From Candidatus Poribacteria bacterium (GTDB lineage: Bacteria; Poribacteria; WGA-4E; WGA-3G): a DNA stretch of 64,000 bases. The stretch lies in contig CBDBFT010000001.1 in NCBI GenBank assembly GCA_965205065.1, forward strand, positions 2,156,836 through 2,220,835, given 5' to 3'. How positions within the stretch are numbered: the first letter of the stretch is position 1; each line of letters starts with the position of its first letter. This document shows positions 1 to 14,644 of the stretch, one piece after another. Below the pieces are notes generated by a model. That model saw only the letters and a program-made list of their open reading frames with translations, ran no database searches and was not told the origin of the DNA. Both the position numbers and the translations under genes were made by a program.

Positions 1-20
1 TCCGTCCACGACTGATCTAA

Positions 21-3000
21 CTTTTAATCGCACCAGTTTGGAATAGAAACGCTGTCAATGCACGTTGTGAAATCTGTTTTGCTTGTACTTTTAATCGCAC
101 CAGTTTGGAATAGAAACAAAAATTAAACGCATCGTCGTAGAATCGAATTTGTTGACCTTTTAATCGCACCAGTTTGGAATAGAAACGATTTTAAAGTGCG
201 AATAGAAATTATAAATGGGAAAACTTTTAATCGCACCAGTTTGGAATAGAAACCTTACCGTTTTCAAGCCTTGATGTGTAAGACATTTTCTTTTAATCGC
301 ACCAGTTTGGAATAGAAACGAAATTGTCCAGATGTCCCCGGCAAGATTGGCGCCGGGCTTTTAATCGCACCAGTTTGGAATAGAAACGAGATCGTAAGCG
401 CGCGCACGCCTGTCAGACTCCTCTTTTAATCGCACCAGTTTGGAATAGAAACAATGAATGATCAGACTGTTATTCGTATCTTTGATCAGCTTTTAATCGC
501 ACCAGTTTGGAATAGAAACCAAATGCGTTGCGGCAAGTTGGGGTTTGCATTCACCTTTTAATCGCACCAGTTTGGAATAGAAACTCCACCTTTGAAAGTT
601 TTCATTAGCTGATTGTTCACTTTTAATCGCACCAGTTTGGAATAGAAACTTCCCATAATATTTCAACTGGGTGACCTTCGTCTGTCTTTTAATCGCACCA
701 GTTTGGAATAGAAACCCTATAAAAGGTGAAATATGAAATCGCAAACAGAATGGAAACTTTTAATCGCACCAGTTTGGAATAGAAACGCAATTGCGTTGAA
801 GCCTCGCGTATCAAAGTTTTCACTTTTAATCGCACCAGTTTGGAATAGAAACACGACGAAGAGGGGCTTTACGAGTGAACTTCATTGACTTTTAATCGCA
901 CCAGTTTGGAATAGAAACAAACCTCCATGCAGTCAACAGGAACATAGGTTTATCACTTTTAATCGCACCAGTTTGGAATAGAAACCCAACACGTCACTTG
1001 AGAATGCGATCACACTGCAAGAACTTTTAATCGCACCAGTTTGGAATAGAAACCGGACAAAATAACATAGCTGTATCAGGTCTATCCTTTTCCTTTTAAT
1101 CGCACCAGTTTGGAATAGAAACATCATAAATGTCATGCGTTGGATTGTTGGGTCTTCAGCCTTTTAATCGCACCAGTTTGGAATAGAAACTGTACTTGAT
1201 TACCTCTCCCATATCTGCATCTTGATCTTTTAATCGCACCAGTTTGGAATAGAAACTCCAAAAATGATGTTTCTATCCTTGATCGGCCTTTACTTTTAAT
1301 CGCACCAGTTTGGAATAGAAACAGTTTATCAGAGTCTTTTTTCTCAATAATCACTTGTCTTTTAATCGCACCAGTTTGGAATAGAAACGTTTTTATGATA
1401 ACCCCGATTTATCAAATCCTTCGAGCTTTTAATCGCACCAGTTTGGAATAGAAACGAGTCTATAGTCGCTTTCCTAAGAAGGTTATGATACCCTTTTAAT
1501 CGCACCAGTTTGGAATAGAAACCTGGCACAACACCACCAGAAAGACGAGACGATATGGTCCTTTTAATCGCACCAGTTTGGAATAGAAACACGCTTACGA
1601 AACTCTTTACACACAGCCACCGTATTCTTTTAATCGCACCAGTTTGGAATAGAAACCCCTCATACGGATTAAATGTAACTTCATCAAGCACCCTTTTAAT
1701 CGCACCAGTTTGGAATAGAAACGGTGGCGACGGTAGAAGTCCGCTTGTGCGTTGCATCCTTTTAATCGCACCAGTTTGGAATAGAAACGTCTGACTGAGT
1801 AACCGGGTGGCGACGGTAGAAGTCCCTTTTAATCGCACCAGTTTGGAATAGAAACAGCACGGATAAAGTCATCTGTCGTTCTTATCTCTGTCGCTTTTAA
1901 TCGCACCAGTTTGGAATAGAAACCAAAGCCAGACAACTCTAAATCATCATACCAAATAAACTTTTAATCGCACCAGTTTGGAATAGAAACAACTCAAAGA
2001 AAATCACATAACGAAAATTATAACCACTTTTAATCGCACCAGTTTGGAATAGAAACATATTCTATAAGAATAGCTATAGTCTTCTTCGTTTCTTTTAATC
2101 GCACCAGTTTGGAATAGAAACACTTTTTACAAGATGATTGATACTACCAAGCGAGGTTCCTTTTAATCGCACCAGTTTGGAATAGAAACCCCCACGTGAC
2201 AGATCAGCAAACACTTGTGTATACTTTTAATCGCACCAGTTTGGAATAGAAACCGCGTCTCCGCAAAAATAAAAGCATGCAAATGGATGCGTCTTTTAAT
2301 CGCACCAGTTTGGAATAGAAACTGGTATCATTATTTTCTTGCTGGTGTGGTTGTTGGCTTTTAATCGCACCAGTTTGGAATAGAAACTGTCAAATAATAC
2401 TCTTTAATCAAGAAGAATACGACGCTTTTAATCGCACCAGTTTGGAATAGAAACGTTTAATTGGGAGAATTTACTTGCGATTTATAATTCACTTTTAATC
2501 GCACCAGTTTGGAATAGAAACGTCAAGGATTTCCTCGCCACGCGCATCTGTTCTACGTCTTTTAATCGCACCAGTTTGGAATAGAAACTGCCCATCTGTC
2601 AGTATAAAAGTCACTCTATTATCTTTTAATCGCACCAGTTTGGAATAGAAACATGTATAGGATATCGCATGCGGTCGAAAATGTTGTCTCTTTTAATCGC
2701 ACCAGTTTGGAATAGAAACCCGACCCAGTCTTTGAGTATTATATTACCATTTTTAACTTTTAATCGCACCAGTTTGGAATAGAAACTGTTATAACAGAGA
2801 AGAGTGTCAGTGAACTTGTAGATGAACTTTTAATCGCACCAGTTTGGAATAGAAACTCCTCTTTGTCACCTCCTCTCTGTGTTATCTATCTCTCTTTTAA
2901 TCGCACCAGTTTGGAATAGAAACTTTGTCGTTAGCCATTGCGTTTCCTCTTTCCTCTACCTTTTAATCGCACCAGTTTGGAATAGAAACTTCCACCACCC

Positions 3001-6000
3001 AGTCTTGTATGCTGATATTTCCTGCGTGCTTTTAATCGCACCAGTTTGGAATAGAAACATAGGTGTGATAGCCAGCAGTGCCAGAACCGAAGCCCTTTTA
3101 ATCGCACCAGTTTGGAATAGAAACACGCCTACGTGCAACCTATTGATGGGAGGAATTCCTTTTAATCGCACCAGTTTGGAATAGAAACGACGCTCAACGC
3201 CACCAATACCGATGCGAGCACCCCACCTTTTAATCGCACCAGTTTGGAATAGAAACGAGGATAACCAGTTCAGCGTTGACAGCGTTGTTGTCTTTCTTTT
3301 AATCGCACCAGTTTGGAATAGAAACAGTGTCCGCACGCAGACGCATATATTTTATTGCTACCTTTTAATCGCACCAGTTTGGAATAGAAACTTTTTCAAA
3401 ACTTGATATTCCATTATAAACCCCCTTTCTTTTAATCGCACCAGTTTGGAATAGAAACAAGAGGAGTATGGTGACAGCGACTTGTGGGACGCACTTTTAA
3501 TCGCACCAGTTTGGAATAGAAACTCTGAATAAAGAGTTGTTTTTGCCAGCATGGCATTCTTTTAATCGCACCAGTTTGGAATAGAAACTATTAATTATAT
3601 GATACAATTATAACGTGGAATCAGGTACTTTTAATCGCACCAGTTTGGAATAGAAACAACTCTGCTTCTGTCTGCTTTTGTGTCAGACCTTCAACTTTTA
3701 ATCGCACCAGTTTGGAATAGAAACTGCCTAATCTGACAGCCAAACAGGCTGCATTAGGCAAGCTTTTAATCGCACCAGTTTGGAATAGAAACGTGAGAAT
3801 TAGTCATTCAAAACTTCGCCAGTGTTTCTTTTAATCGCACCAGTTTGGAATAGAAACTTTATTTATTGATAAATTTCATCTATCTCTTTTTGCTTTTAAT
3901 CGCACCAGTTTGGAATAGAAACGATCAACCGCATCAGCTACATGTGCGGAAACGAGGGCTTTTAATCGCACCAGTTTGGAATAGAAACGCGCGCGGGATC
4001 GCATAGCTGCCGTCAAAGCCGAGATTGACTTTTAATCGCACCAGTTTGGAATAGAAACTTCAACTGCGAACGGTTTTCGCTGGTTAGTAACTATTCTTTT
4101 AATCGCACCAGTTTGGAATAGAAACGATATATATAGATGCAAAATCAGGTATTGTCTGCACTTTTAATCGCACCAGTTTGGAATAGAAACAGGACATGTC
4201 TGATATTGGATTATCAGATGTGTCTGTCCTTTTAATCGCACCAGTTTGGAATAGAAACGGTCTTATCTCATTTGAAGAAGCACCATATCAACGCGCACTT
4301 TTAATCGCACCAGTTTGGAATAGAAACATCCCGACTCGGCAATACTCACAAAAGAGGGTGTATATGCCTTTTAATCGCACCAGTTTGGAATAGAAACGCG
4401 ATTTAATATAAAACTGAAATGGTACGGAGAACGGACTTTTAATCGCACCAGTTTGGAATAGAAACAGTAAATCGGGATTCTGCTCAATTACTGCTAAAAA
4501 GCCTTTTAATCGCACCAGTTTGGAATAGAAACAGTCGTCTCAAGTCTATTATAGCAACTCTTATGAATTCAACTTTTAATCGCACCAGTTTGGAATAGAA
4601 ACTCGCATTCATGCTGACTTTCTTGAAAATCAGCACTTCCTTTTAATCGCACCAGTTTGGAATAGAAACATAATAATTTAACGTAATAGTCTATGTCAAT
4701 GACGTCCCTTTTAATCGCACCAGTTTGGAATAGAAACGACAGCTGCCCTGCCCGGTGCCTATTCATGATAATAGTCTTTTAATCGCACCAGTTTGGAATA
4801 GAAACGTGCGTTTTTCCTGTCTCGTTGTCAACGACTAAAATGCTTTTAATCGCACCAGTTTGGAATAGAAACTTTAATATGTTGATTCTTGATAGCATCT
4901 GACTATAAACCTTTTAATCGCACCAGTTTGGAATAGAAACTATTGTCCAGGCTTTCACTTCAGCAAATAATCATGAACTTTTAATCGCACCAGTTTGGAA
5001 TAGAAACTGCAATATCTATACCTGAATCTCCGCAAGCTGCCGTAGACCTTTTAATCGCACCAGTTTGGAATAGAAACGTTTGTCATTGACGCTGATCGTA
5101 TCCGTTTCATTCGCTTTTAATCGCACCAGTTTGGAATAGAAACCGTCTTGTTTCTGAACAATGAAACCGAGGGCCTTCACTTTTAATCGCACCAGTTTGG
5201 AATAGAAACCGCCAATATCGTAAGCCATTCCGTGCTTTAAGTCCTCGACTTTTAATCGCACCAGTTTGGAATAGAAACTCCAAGTGGGCAATTCAGAGTA
5301 CACCTGCCCGCACCTTCTTTTAATCGCACCAGTTTGGAATAGAAACTGACGATAAAAATCGTACTTGAGGGTAGTGAAATCACTTTTAATCGCACCAGTT
5401 TGGAATAGAAACCTATATCAAGAGCCAACAACTCAAGATTGGACAACCTTTTAATCGCACCAGTTTGGAATAGAAACGCAATCTTCGCATTAGCACAATG
5501 CTTCGCATTAGGTGACTTTTAATCGCACCAGTTTGGAATAGAAACGTGTATAATATATATAGGTTTAGGATTAAGAAGTTCACTTTTAATCGCACCAGTT
5601 TGGAATAGAAACAAATGCGTATGTAAGGCAGTGGTTTTCTTACAATCACTTTTAATCGCACCAGTTTGGAATAGAAACGATAATAGAATATATTAGATTC
5701 AAATTCAACAAATTCGCTTTTAATCGCACCAGTTTGGAATAGAAACGTATCGGCAACTCGTTTTCTACATCTTGAAAATGGACTTTTAATCGCACCAGTT
5801 TGGAATAGAAACTGTTTTTATTTGTGCCTTGACGATATCCTTCCATTGACTTTTAATCGCACCAGTTTGGAATAGAAACCTTGAAGGCGCAGTGATAACA
5901 ATAGAAAAGGTATTGTCCTTTTAATCGCACCAGTTTGGAATAGAAACAGACAATCCACAACTGCATCGCAAGCTTCCAGGTACTTTTAATCGCACCAGTT

Positions 6001-9000
6001 TGGAATAGAAACGATATATTTAATTCAAGCGACAGGAACAGTCGGCACTTTTAATCGCACCAGTTTGGAATAGAAACGCTTGTGCGCGTGCTGCATAGTC
6101 TTGTGTGGTTGCTTCTTTTAATCGCACCAGTTTGGAATAGAAACCTGGCTTTAGTGAGTATTCATGATTATCGGCTGCTGCACTTTTAATCGCACCAGTT
6201 TGGAATAGAAACTTATAGTTGCATTTGCTCCTATAACAAAAAGCAGACTTTTAATCGCACCAGTTTGGAATAGAAACAGCTGATCGCAGCACCGATGACG
6301 CCAGCAACGGATTTGCTTTTAATCGCACCAGTTTGGAATAGAAACAATCGCACCAGTTCTACACAATCACAGTCGCGACAACTTTTAATCGCACCAGTTT
6401 GGAATAGAAACGGCTACGATTTCAACGTCACGGATTACAAAACCACGTTAACTTTTAATCGCACCAGTTTGGAATAGAAACAGTGCATACGGACTCCCGT
6501 TGCACTTGGGTGCTTTTTCTACTTTTAATCGCACCAGTTTGGAATAGAAACAGATCATCTCGTGCAATCTATTGAGATGATTTTCTACTTTTAATCGCAC
6601 CAGTTTGGAATAGAAACTTCTGCAGATGGCGGGATAGAACTAAAAATAACGGGACTTTTAATCGCACCAGTTTGGAATAGAAACCCAAAGGTGCCCCCCA
6701 TCTTCGCACTTTTGGTTTTGGAGCTCTTTTAATCGCACCAGTTTGGAATAGAAACGCAGTAGAAGCAACTGCGGAAACGGAAGATATCCGCCTTTTAATC
6801 GCACCAGTTTGGAATAGAAACACCGTCAGTTCGGACGGTAGACGCTTCAACAATTTTCTTTTAATCGCACCAGTTTGGAATAGAAACCGGTTTGAATAAG
6901 AAAGATAAGAACACAGGGAGAACCTTTTAATCGCACCAGTTTGGAATAGAAACACACAACGCATGATGACGTAGTAACCTTTATCGGTGACTTTTAATCG
7001 CACCAGTTTGGAATAGAAACCGATCAAGTTCTAAAGTTCGCAGGTGAGACACGACTTTTAATCGCACCAGTTTGGAATAGAAACTTCGGTTTTTAGTCTT
7101 GACAATCGGTGTCTTGACTTGCTTTTAATCGCACCAGTTTGGAATAGAAACTTACTTTCTGATGATGATATGCTGCTTGGAGAATCTTTTAATCGCACCA
7201 GTTTGGAATAGAAACGAAGCAGATCCACCTGTGGCGGAGGTTCTTGAAACTGACTTTTAATCGCACCAGTTTGGAATAGAAACATTATTAAACTATAGTC
7301 TATTAGACTTTTGATTATACCCTTTTAATCGCACCAGTTTGGAATAGAAACTTACCTTTTAGTTCAGTTGTAAGGTCGGGAAAATCTGTCTTTTAATCGC
7401 ACCAGTTTGGAATAGAAACTTCAATTGAGTAGCTTTGTATGTGCTGATTTACAACTTTTAATCGCACCAGTTTGGAATAGAAACGCAATATTGGCGATTG
7501 CACTTCCAAACTCGGCAACTCAGCTTTTAATCGCACCAGTTTGGAATAGAAACGTGTTTAGTATTTCCTTTATTCTGCGTCTTGCGTTTCCTTTTAATCG
7601 CACCAGTTTGGAATAGAAACGATATTGCGTTCCGCTTTCGGATATGCATACTCAAGCTTTTAATCGCACCAGTTTGGAATAGAAACTCTGTCACGATAAC
7701 TAATTCTGGTCTCGTCAACAACCTTTTAATCGCACCAGTTTGGAATAGAAACTGTCACGAGCGAATTGTAAAAGACGCTCGTTTGAGCTTTTAATCGCAC
7801 CAGTTTGGAATAGAAACCCTGCTTTATGTATACGGTCACCTGACATACTCACTTTTAATCGCACCAGTTTGGAATAGAAACGGCTCCCATAGCAATTCTG
7901 ATATTCGTTACTATAACCTTTTAATCGCACCAGTTTGGAATAGAAACGTATCTCTTGTTGGACAGCTGATATTACACGCTTGAGAATACTTTTAATCGCA
8001 CCAGTTTGGAATAGAAACTATTTCAACTCTGCGTAGGTTTCTATGTCAACAGCTAACCTTTTAATCGCACCAGTTTGGAATAGAAACAAATACGTTCTGT
8101 TTCAATAACAACATTGTCCCCAACTCGCTTTTAATCGCACCAGTTTGGAATAGAAACAAGGGGGGTTGTAGAGTTGGCGAACAACACAGAAACTTTTAAT
8201 CGCACCAGTTTGGAATAGAAACGCGTTAGTCAAAAGGCAGATTGACAGTGTCAGACCATCCTTTTAATCGCACCAGTTTGGAATAGAAACTCGTTACGAA
8301 TCAAGTTCTTGAGATTGGCACATCTGCTTTTAATCGCACCAGTTTGGAATAGAAACAATATATATAGATGCCAAATCGGGTATCGTCTGCAGCACTTTTA
8401 ATCGCACCAGTTTGGAATAGAAACTCCATCAATTCCTGGTGGCTCCATAACCTCTTGGGTTCTTTTAATCGCACCAGTTTGGAATAGAAACTGAGAGTCC
8501 TCTTTCAAGACTTCGCTTTTACCGTGGTCTGTCTTTTAATCGCACCAGTTTGGAATAGAAACTTGAGATACGGAGCAGCGTTGAGAGTGGATACAGGACT
8601 TTTAATCGCACCAGTTTGGAATAGAAACTTGAAGTCTGTGTGGTCTACACATATCCACATAACCTTGCCTCTTTTAATCGCACCAGTTTGGAATAGAAAC
8701 ATAGGATCACACCTGCCGGCTATTTAGCTAATCAGTATACTTTTAATCGCACCAGTTTGGAATAGAAACGTTTGATACGGATTCTACTTCGGATGATGAT
8801 CATGCCTTTTAATCGCACCAGTTTGGAATAGAAACTATACTATTGATAATCTTCGTACTTCACAGGATTGGCCTTTTAATCGCACCAGTTTGGAATAGAA
8901 ACTGTGGCAACTCATAAACACGCAAGGGATCTGCCTTACTTTTAATCGCACCAGTTTGGAATAGAAACTTGACGTGAAGTACCATAAACCAAAGAATTAT

Positions 9001-9440
9001 TAGGTTCCTTTTAATCGCACCAGTTTGGAATAGAAACGTCTGCTGTTCCGTGTTGTGTGGTGGTTTCCGTTTACTCTTTTAATCGCACCAGTTTGGAATA
9101 GAAACTTGATACAAATTTCAAGTCCCATGTGTGATTTCTCTTTTAATCGCACCAGTTTGGAATAGAAACGCTCTTGTTGGACACTGATATTTCTGAGTTG
9201 TATATCTGCTTTTAATCGCACCAGTTTGGAATAGAAACAAACACTTTAGTGTTTCTCACAATTCTATTTTGTGGCTTTTAATCGCACCAGTTTGGAATAG
9301 AAACCATCCTCTCCAGGCTGCTGATTGATCGTGATGTGGTTCCCTTTTAATCGCACCAGTTTGGAATAGAAACACATTCGAACAGGTGCACCTGACACCA
9401 AAGCATCTCCCTTTTAATCGCACCAGTTTGGAATAGAAAC
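21..9440 (+). CRISPR. Large CRISPR array, about 141 copies of the 30-bp repeat CTTTTAATCGCACCAGTTTGGAATAGAAAC with 35-41 bp unique spacers. Truncated at the window start, so the leader is presumably upstream of position 1.
   Basis: Direct reading: perfect 30-bp repeats at about 67-bp period from 21 (first full repeat) to 9411-9440 (last). The repeat ends in ATAGAAAC, a type I/III-like 8-nt 5' handle, which implies + strand transcription. Spacers are unique apart from a few related pairs. Confidence 0.97.
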
Positions 9441-9608
9441 TGAGGAAGATGAAGTGGATGTCTAAAGTTTATGTCAGAATCGCGGATTATCGCGGATGAC
9501 ACGGAAGGGGTTTCTTGTGCATTTCAAGTTTACTTTCACAAATTGGCGTTAATTTTAGCATAACCCCATAGACGGCAATTTAGTACAGAGAAGGATAATG
9601 AAGGATGA

Positions 9609-10320
9609 ATGTTGTATAAAGAAGCACAATCAAGGATGAATGTGCTACGGCAGTATCAAAAGGGATGGTGTAGGGTGAAGGGGATAGGTGGAAGGTTGGA
9701 AGGTTGGAAGGTTGGAAGAGGGGAAGGATGGAAGGTTGGAAGGTTGGAAGAGGGAAGGATGGAAGAGGGAAGAATGGATGGGAGGAAGGTTGGAAGAAAA
9801 GAAGAGGGAAGGATGGAAGGGTGGAAGGTTAGAGGGTTGTATGGGTGGAAGAAAGAAGCACAATCAAGGATGAATGTGCTACGGCAGTATCAAAAGGGAT
9901 GGTGTAGGGAAAAGGGGATAGATGGAAGGTTGGAAGGTTGGAAGAGGGGAAGGATGGAAGAGGGGAAGGTTGGAAGAGGGGAAGGTTGGAAGAGGGGAAG
10001 GATGGAAGGTTGGAAGGTTGGAAGAAAAGAAGAGGGAAGGATGGAAGGGTGGAAGGTTAGAGGGTTGTATGGGTGGAAGAAAGAAGCACAATCAAGGATG
10101 AATGTGCTACGGCAGTATCAAAAGGGATGGTGTAGGGAAAAGGGGATAGATGGAAGGTTGGAAGGTTGGAAGAGGGGAAGGATGGAAGGGTGGAAGGGTG
10201 GAAGAGGGAAGGATGGAAGAGGGGAAGGTTGGAAGAGGGAAGGATGGAAGGTTGGAAGGTTAGAGGGTTGTATGGGTGGAAGGAAGAAGCACAATCAAGG
10301 ATGAATGTGCTATAGGCATG
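9609..10320. repeat. Composite dispersed repeat: three higher-order units of about 220 bp. Each unit carries the hairpin motif AAGAAGCACAATCAAGGATGAATGTGCTAC plus a GGAAGG(A/T)TGGAAGAGGG minisatellite.
   Basis: Seen in sequence: the 9609-9670 module recurs near 9850 and near 10080. The ORFs across it (9609..10304 and others) are low-complexity translations (EGWKRGRMEEGK / SSILPLFHPS). Confidence 0.85.
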
Positions 10321-10401
10321 ATCGCGGAAGGCACGGAGGAGGTGGATATGCTCCTGAATCTTCTGTGCAAAAACTTTACACACCCAAAGTCACATTAGCA
10401 G

Positions 10402-10431
10402 TTGCCATAATTCAATAGTATGCGTTATAAT
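10402..10431 (+). promoter_or_regulatory. Candidate sigma70-like promoter (TTGCCA-N18-TATAAT) upstream of the dam-cas10 operon.
   Basis: TTGCCA at 10402-10407 and TATAAT at 10426-10431 in an AT-rich region about 60 bp upstream of the 10489 start. The RBS GGAG precedes the ATG. Pattern only; no expression data. Confidence 0.3.
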
Positions 10432-10488
10432 AGGTAAACTATTAACTTCCTATAATATTATACTAACAAGAGAATTCAGGAGAAAGGT

Positions 10489-11511
10489 TTGGAAAACAGT
10501 AAGTTGTTATCATTCTACACGCCTAAAGAAGACTTCCTATTATCACTTAGAGGAAAGGGTAAGCATAAGTATGTACGTTACAACGGCCTCCCGCTGCGAT
10601 ATGCAGGTGGGAAGAGTCTCGGAGTAGGACATATAATTGAACACATTCCAGAAGGAATTGACAAACTTTCCTCTCCATTCATTGGCGGTGGATCAGTTGA
10701 AATCGCATGTGCAAAAGAACTTGGTATGCAGGTCAGAGCCTATGATGTTTTTGATATTCTCGTCAACTATTGGCAGGTGCAACTCTCCACAAGTCAACAA
10801 CTTGCAGAAAAACTTCTGGAATGGGAACCGACAAAAGAAAAGTATGCTGAAATAAAGACTACACTCAAGGGACATTGGACAGGTGAATCTCCTATTTCTG
10901 ATCCATTAGAGTTAGCTGCACACTACTGGTTTAATCATAACCTTTCATACGGACCCGGTTTTCTCGGATGGATGTCAAAGATTTACGAATCAACCAGCAG
11001 GTATATTTCAGCAGTAGAAAAAGTAAGAAAGTTTTCTTGTCCATCATTAGAAGTGCAACCCGGAAGTTTTGAACAAACCATTCCTCAACACAAAGAAGAA
11101 TTCCTTTATTGCGATCCTCCCTATTACCTTGATGATGGTAAAATGTTCAAAGGAATCTATCCACAGCGAAATTTTCCTGTTCATCATAAGGGTTTTAAAC
11201 ATGAAACCCTTCGTGACCTACTGTATGAACATGTAGGAGGGTTCGTGCTTTCATATAATGATTGTGATACAATCAGAAATTGGTATACTGATTTTGAAAT
11301 AATTGAGGTAAAATGGCAGTACACATTAGGACAAGGTGAAACACGGATTGGGAAAAATCGCATAGAAAAGGGTATGGGACATGTTAAAAAGTCTCACGAA
11401 TTGTTAATTATTGGAAAGAGAAAACGTTTATTATTGAACAGTTTTGGAAATAACGTAGAGGTAGAAAATCAGATTTCTGTATATGGCAGTGCAATACCTG
11501 ATTTAGATTAG
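10489..11511 (+). CDS. Dam-family (D12 class, alpha-group) N6-adenine DNA methyltransferase.
   Basis: N-terminal RYAGGK motif (compare Dam WAGGK), SAM-binding PFIGGGSVE (FxGxG) and catalytic DPPY (CDPPYYLDD). It lies 40 bp upstream of cas10 on the same strand. Confidence 0.85.
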   Translation: MENSKLLSFYTPKEDFLLSLRGKGKHKYVRYNGLPLRYAGGKSLGVGHIIEHIPEGIDKLSSPFIGGGSVEIACAKELGMQVRAYDVFDILVNYWQVQLSTSQQLAEKLLEWEPTKEKYAEIKTTLKGHWTGESPISDPLELAAHYWFNHNLSYGPGFLGWMSKIYESTSRYISAVEKVRKFSCPSLEVQPGSFEQTIPQHKEEFLYCDPPYYLDDGKMFKGIYPQRNFPVHHKGFKHETLRDLLYEHVGGFVLSYNDCDTIRNWYTDFEIIEVKWQYTLGQGETRIGKNRIEKGMGHVKKSHELLIIGKRKRLLLNSFGNNVEVENQISVYGSAIPDLD

Positions 11512-11550
11512 ATACATGAAAAAACATACGATACCAAAGGACAAACCACA

Positions 11551-13857
11551 TTGAAACAACAACTTTTAACACTCGCAGCACTCCTACACGACATCGGCAA
11601 ATTTCGGCAACGCGCCACCGGACGCTACACAAAACACCAAGAACATAGCTACGAATTCGTCAACAACGATTTCAATACTTTCTTCGATCCTTGTGGAGAT
11701 ACCTTCAAAAACGCTATCCTAAACCACCATCATAAACCAGAACAACTTCAGCATCTCATAGAAAAACAGGTAGTATTAGCAGACCGTCTCTCCGCATCCG
11801 AACGCGAAGATGAGGAACGAGAAACGGAGGACTTCGTTGCATCTCCGCTCGCTTCTATTATGTCACGCCTTAAATGTGCTGAGAAAGAACATCGCTACAA
11901 ACTGACAAAACTCAATTTTGAACGGGACACGGTCATCCCACAAGAAACCGTTGAGGTCAATGAAAATGATTATGCAGGTTTGTGGGAGAAGTTTAAAGAG
12001 GAATTCAGCACAGCAACAGAAGGTAAAACCTATGAACCAGCACATTATCAAACCATCGTAGCACTCCTACACAAATACACAGTTCGTATACCGTCCGCAA
12101 CGCCGTGGGAAAAAGACGGAAAGAAAACGATCCCAGATATTTCGCTCTACGACCATCTCCGCACAACCGCAGCCATTGCAGCCTGTATCGGACACGAACT
12201 AAATGACGAAAACGAAGTTGACGCAATACTTAATGATACTGAAAAATCAGATCGGCACATAGCCTCGCTTATCAAAGGCGACATTTCGGGTATCCAGGAT
12301 TTTCTCTATCACATCCAATCCGATGGCGCATCCAACCAACTGCGTGGTCGTTCATTCTACCTGCAACTCCTCACGGAAGCAATCGCGCACTATGTCCTAA
12401 AGCAGTTTGAACTTCCTATCACAAACCTAATTCTCGCAAGTGGCGGACACTTCTTTATCCTTGCGCCTTACACCGAATCCAAAGAGAAGTTAAGCACAAT
12501 TCGACAAGAAATATCCCAAAAGTTGTGGGAACTCCATAGAGGCGATATTTCCTGCATGTTAGCGGGTATCTCCATAAAAGCACGCGATTTTAAAACTGAG
12601 AATTTCACGGAAAAATGGGATGCCGTTTCAAAAAAAGTCAATGAAAGAAAACAGCAGAAATGGTCAGAATTAGAAGCAGAACAGATGTTTGATAACCTCT
12701 TTGAGCCAAGCGATGACAGAACTATTAATGAACAGGAAGATGACGAAGAGAAGAAAAGAGACCCTTGGCAGTTTGAAAAACTTGGAAGGAAATTGCGGGA
12801 TGCAAAATATCTTATCACTTACGATATAGCAAAATCAGATATCCTTCCACAACCCAAATGGCACGATGCAATCAATGCCTTCGGTTTAGATGTTGAAGTC
12901 CTGGAAGATACCCGTGCCAAACCTGAACTGCAGGGAGTAAATACTGTTGTCTATAGACTCGGGGATACACGTTTTCTCGAAAATTCAGAAGATTTTCAAT
13001 CGGAAAACAACTTTGTTAGCTACGATTTCCGAATATTTAAACCCGTAATCGCATATCGGCACGATACAGATGAACCCGATAAAATCGCTGATTACAATCA
13101 CCTCGCAAACGCATCAGAAGGTGTTAACTGGTTCGGTGCACTCCGCATGGACGTTGATAACCTCGGCACCGTCTTCAAAGATAAACTTGAGAACGCAACC
13201 ATCTCACGGCATGCAACCTTAAGCAGAGAAATGCGCCTATTTTTTGAAGGATATGTCCCGAAACTATGTAAAGCATATAACGAGAACAAAAATAAACAGA
13301 TTCTTGAACTCATCTACGCTGGTGGTGATGACCTATTCCTTGTCGGTGGGTGGAGTGCGTTGCCTGATATAGCAGAACATATCCGCTCCGAATTTAAACA
13401 CTTTGTCACAGGTGCCCACGTAACGCTTTCAGGTGGTATCGCCATTGAACACATGAAGTATCCGCTTTATCAGTTTGCAGAACGGAGTGGCAATGCAGAA
13501 GACGCTGCAAAGGGTATTGATGAAAACAAGGATGCGATCTCATTTTTACAACTACCGATGAAATGGGAAGAGTTTGCTAAAGTGCGCGAATGGCACGAAA
13601 AGTTTACGAACGTACTAACAGGTCAAGACCAACTACCGCGCGACATACTCACCCGTCTCAGCCAGATATATGAAGATAAAGAGCGGTGGGCATGGCGTTC
13701 ACTCTACTACTTCCATCGACTACAAGAGAGATACAAATATGACGAACAGAAAGATTTTCTACGTGAACTAAAACAGAAACTTAACCACGAAGATTCTTCT
13801 CAATTTAGAGAGGAACTCATCCATGTCATTACCAGATGGACCGCACTACGTATCAGA

Positions 13858-13866
<9 letters not shown>
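11551..13866 (+). CDS. cas10: Cas10 (Csm1-like) large subunit with an N-terminal HD nuclease domain and a GGDD cyclase/Palm motif.
   Basis: LHDIGKF HD motif at residues about 11-17. IYAGGDDLFLVGGW GGDD motif in the C-terminal half. 771 aa. First gene of a csm2-csm5 series. Confidence 0.9.
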
Positions 13867-14632
<766 letters not shown>

Positions 14633-14644
14633 AGGAGGAAACAC

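Noticed and set aside
493-9221. Dozens of 60-160-aa ORFs on both strands inside the array (peptides containing FLFQTGAIK / LLIAPVWNRN / FYSKLVRLK).
   Set aside because: They are translations of the CRISPR repeat in three frames joined through spacers, and have no coding signal.
9609-10304. 231-aa ORF and overlapping ORFs rich in EGWKRGRMEEGK / SSILPLFHPS, here and at 20291-20578, 27111-27579 and 40189-40844.
   Set aside because: They are low-complexity translations of the GGAAGG minisatellite. They are open on both strands and in several frames at once, which is typical of simple repeats and not of genes.
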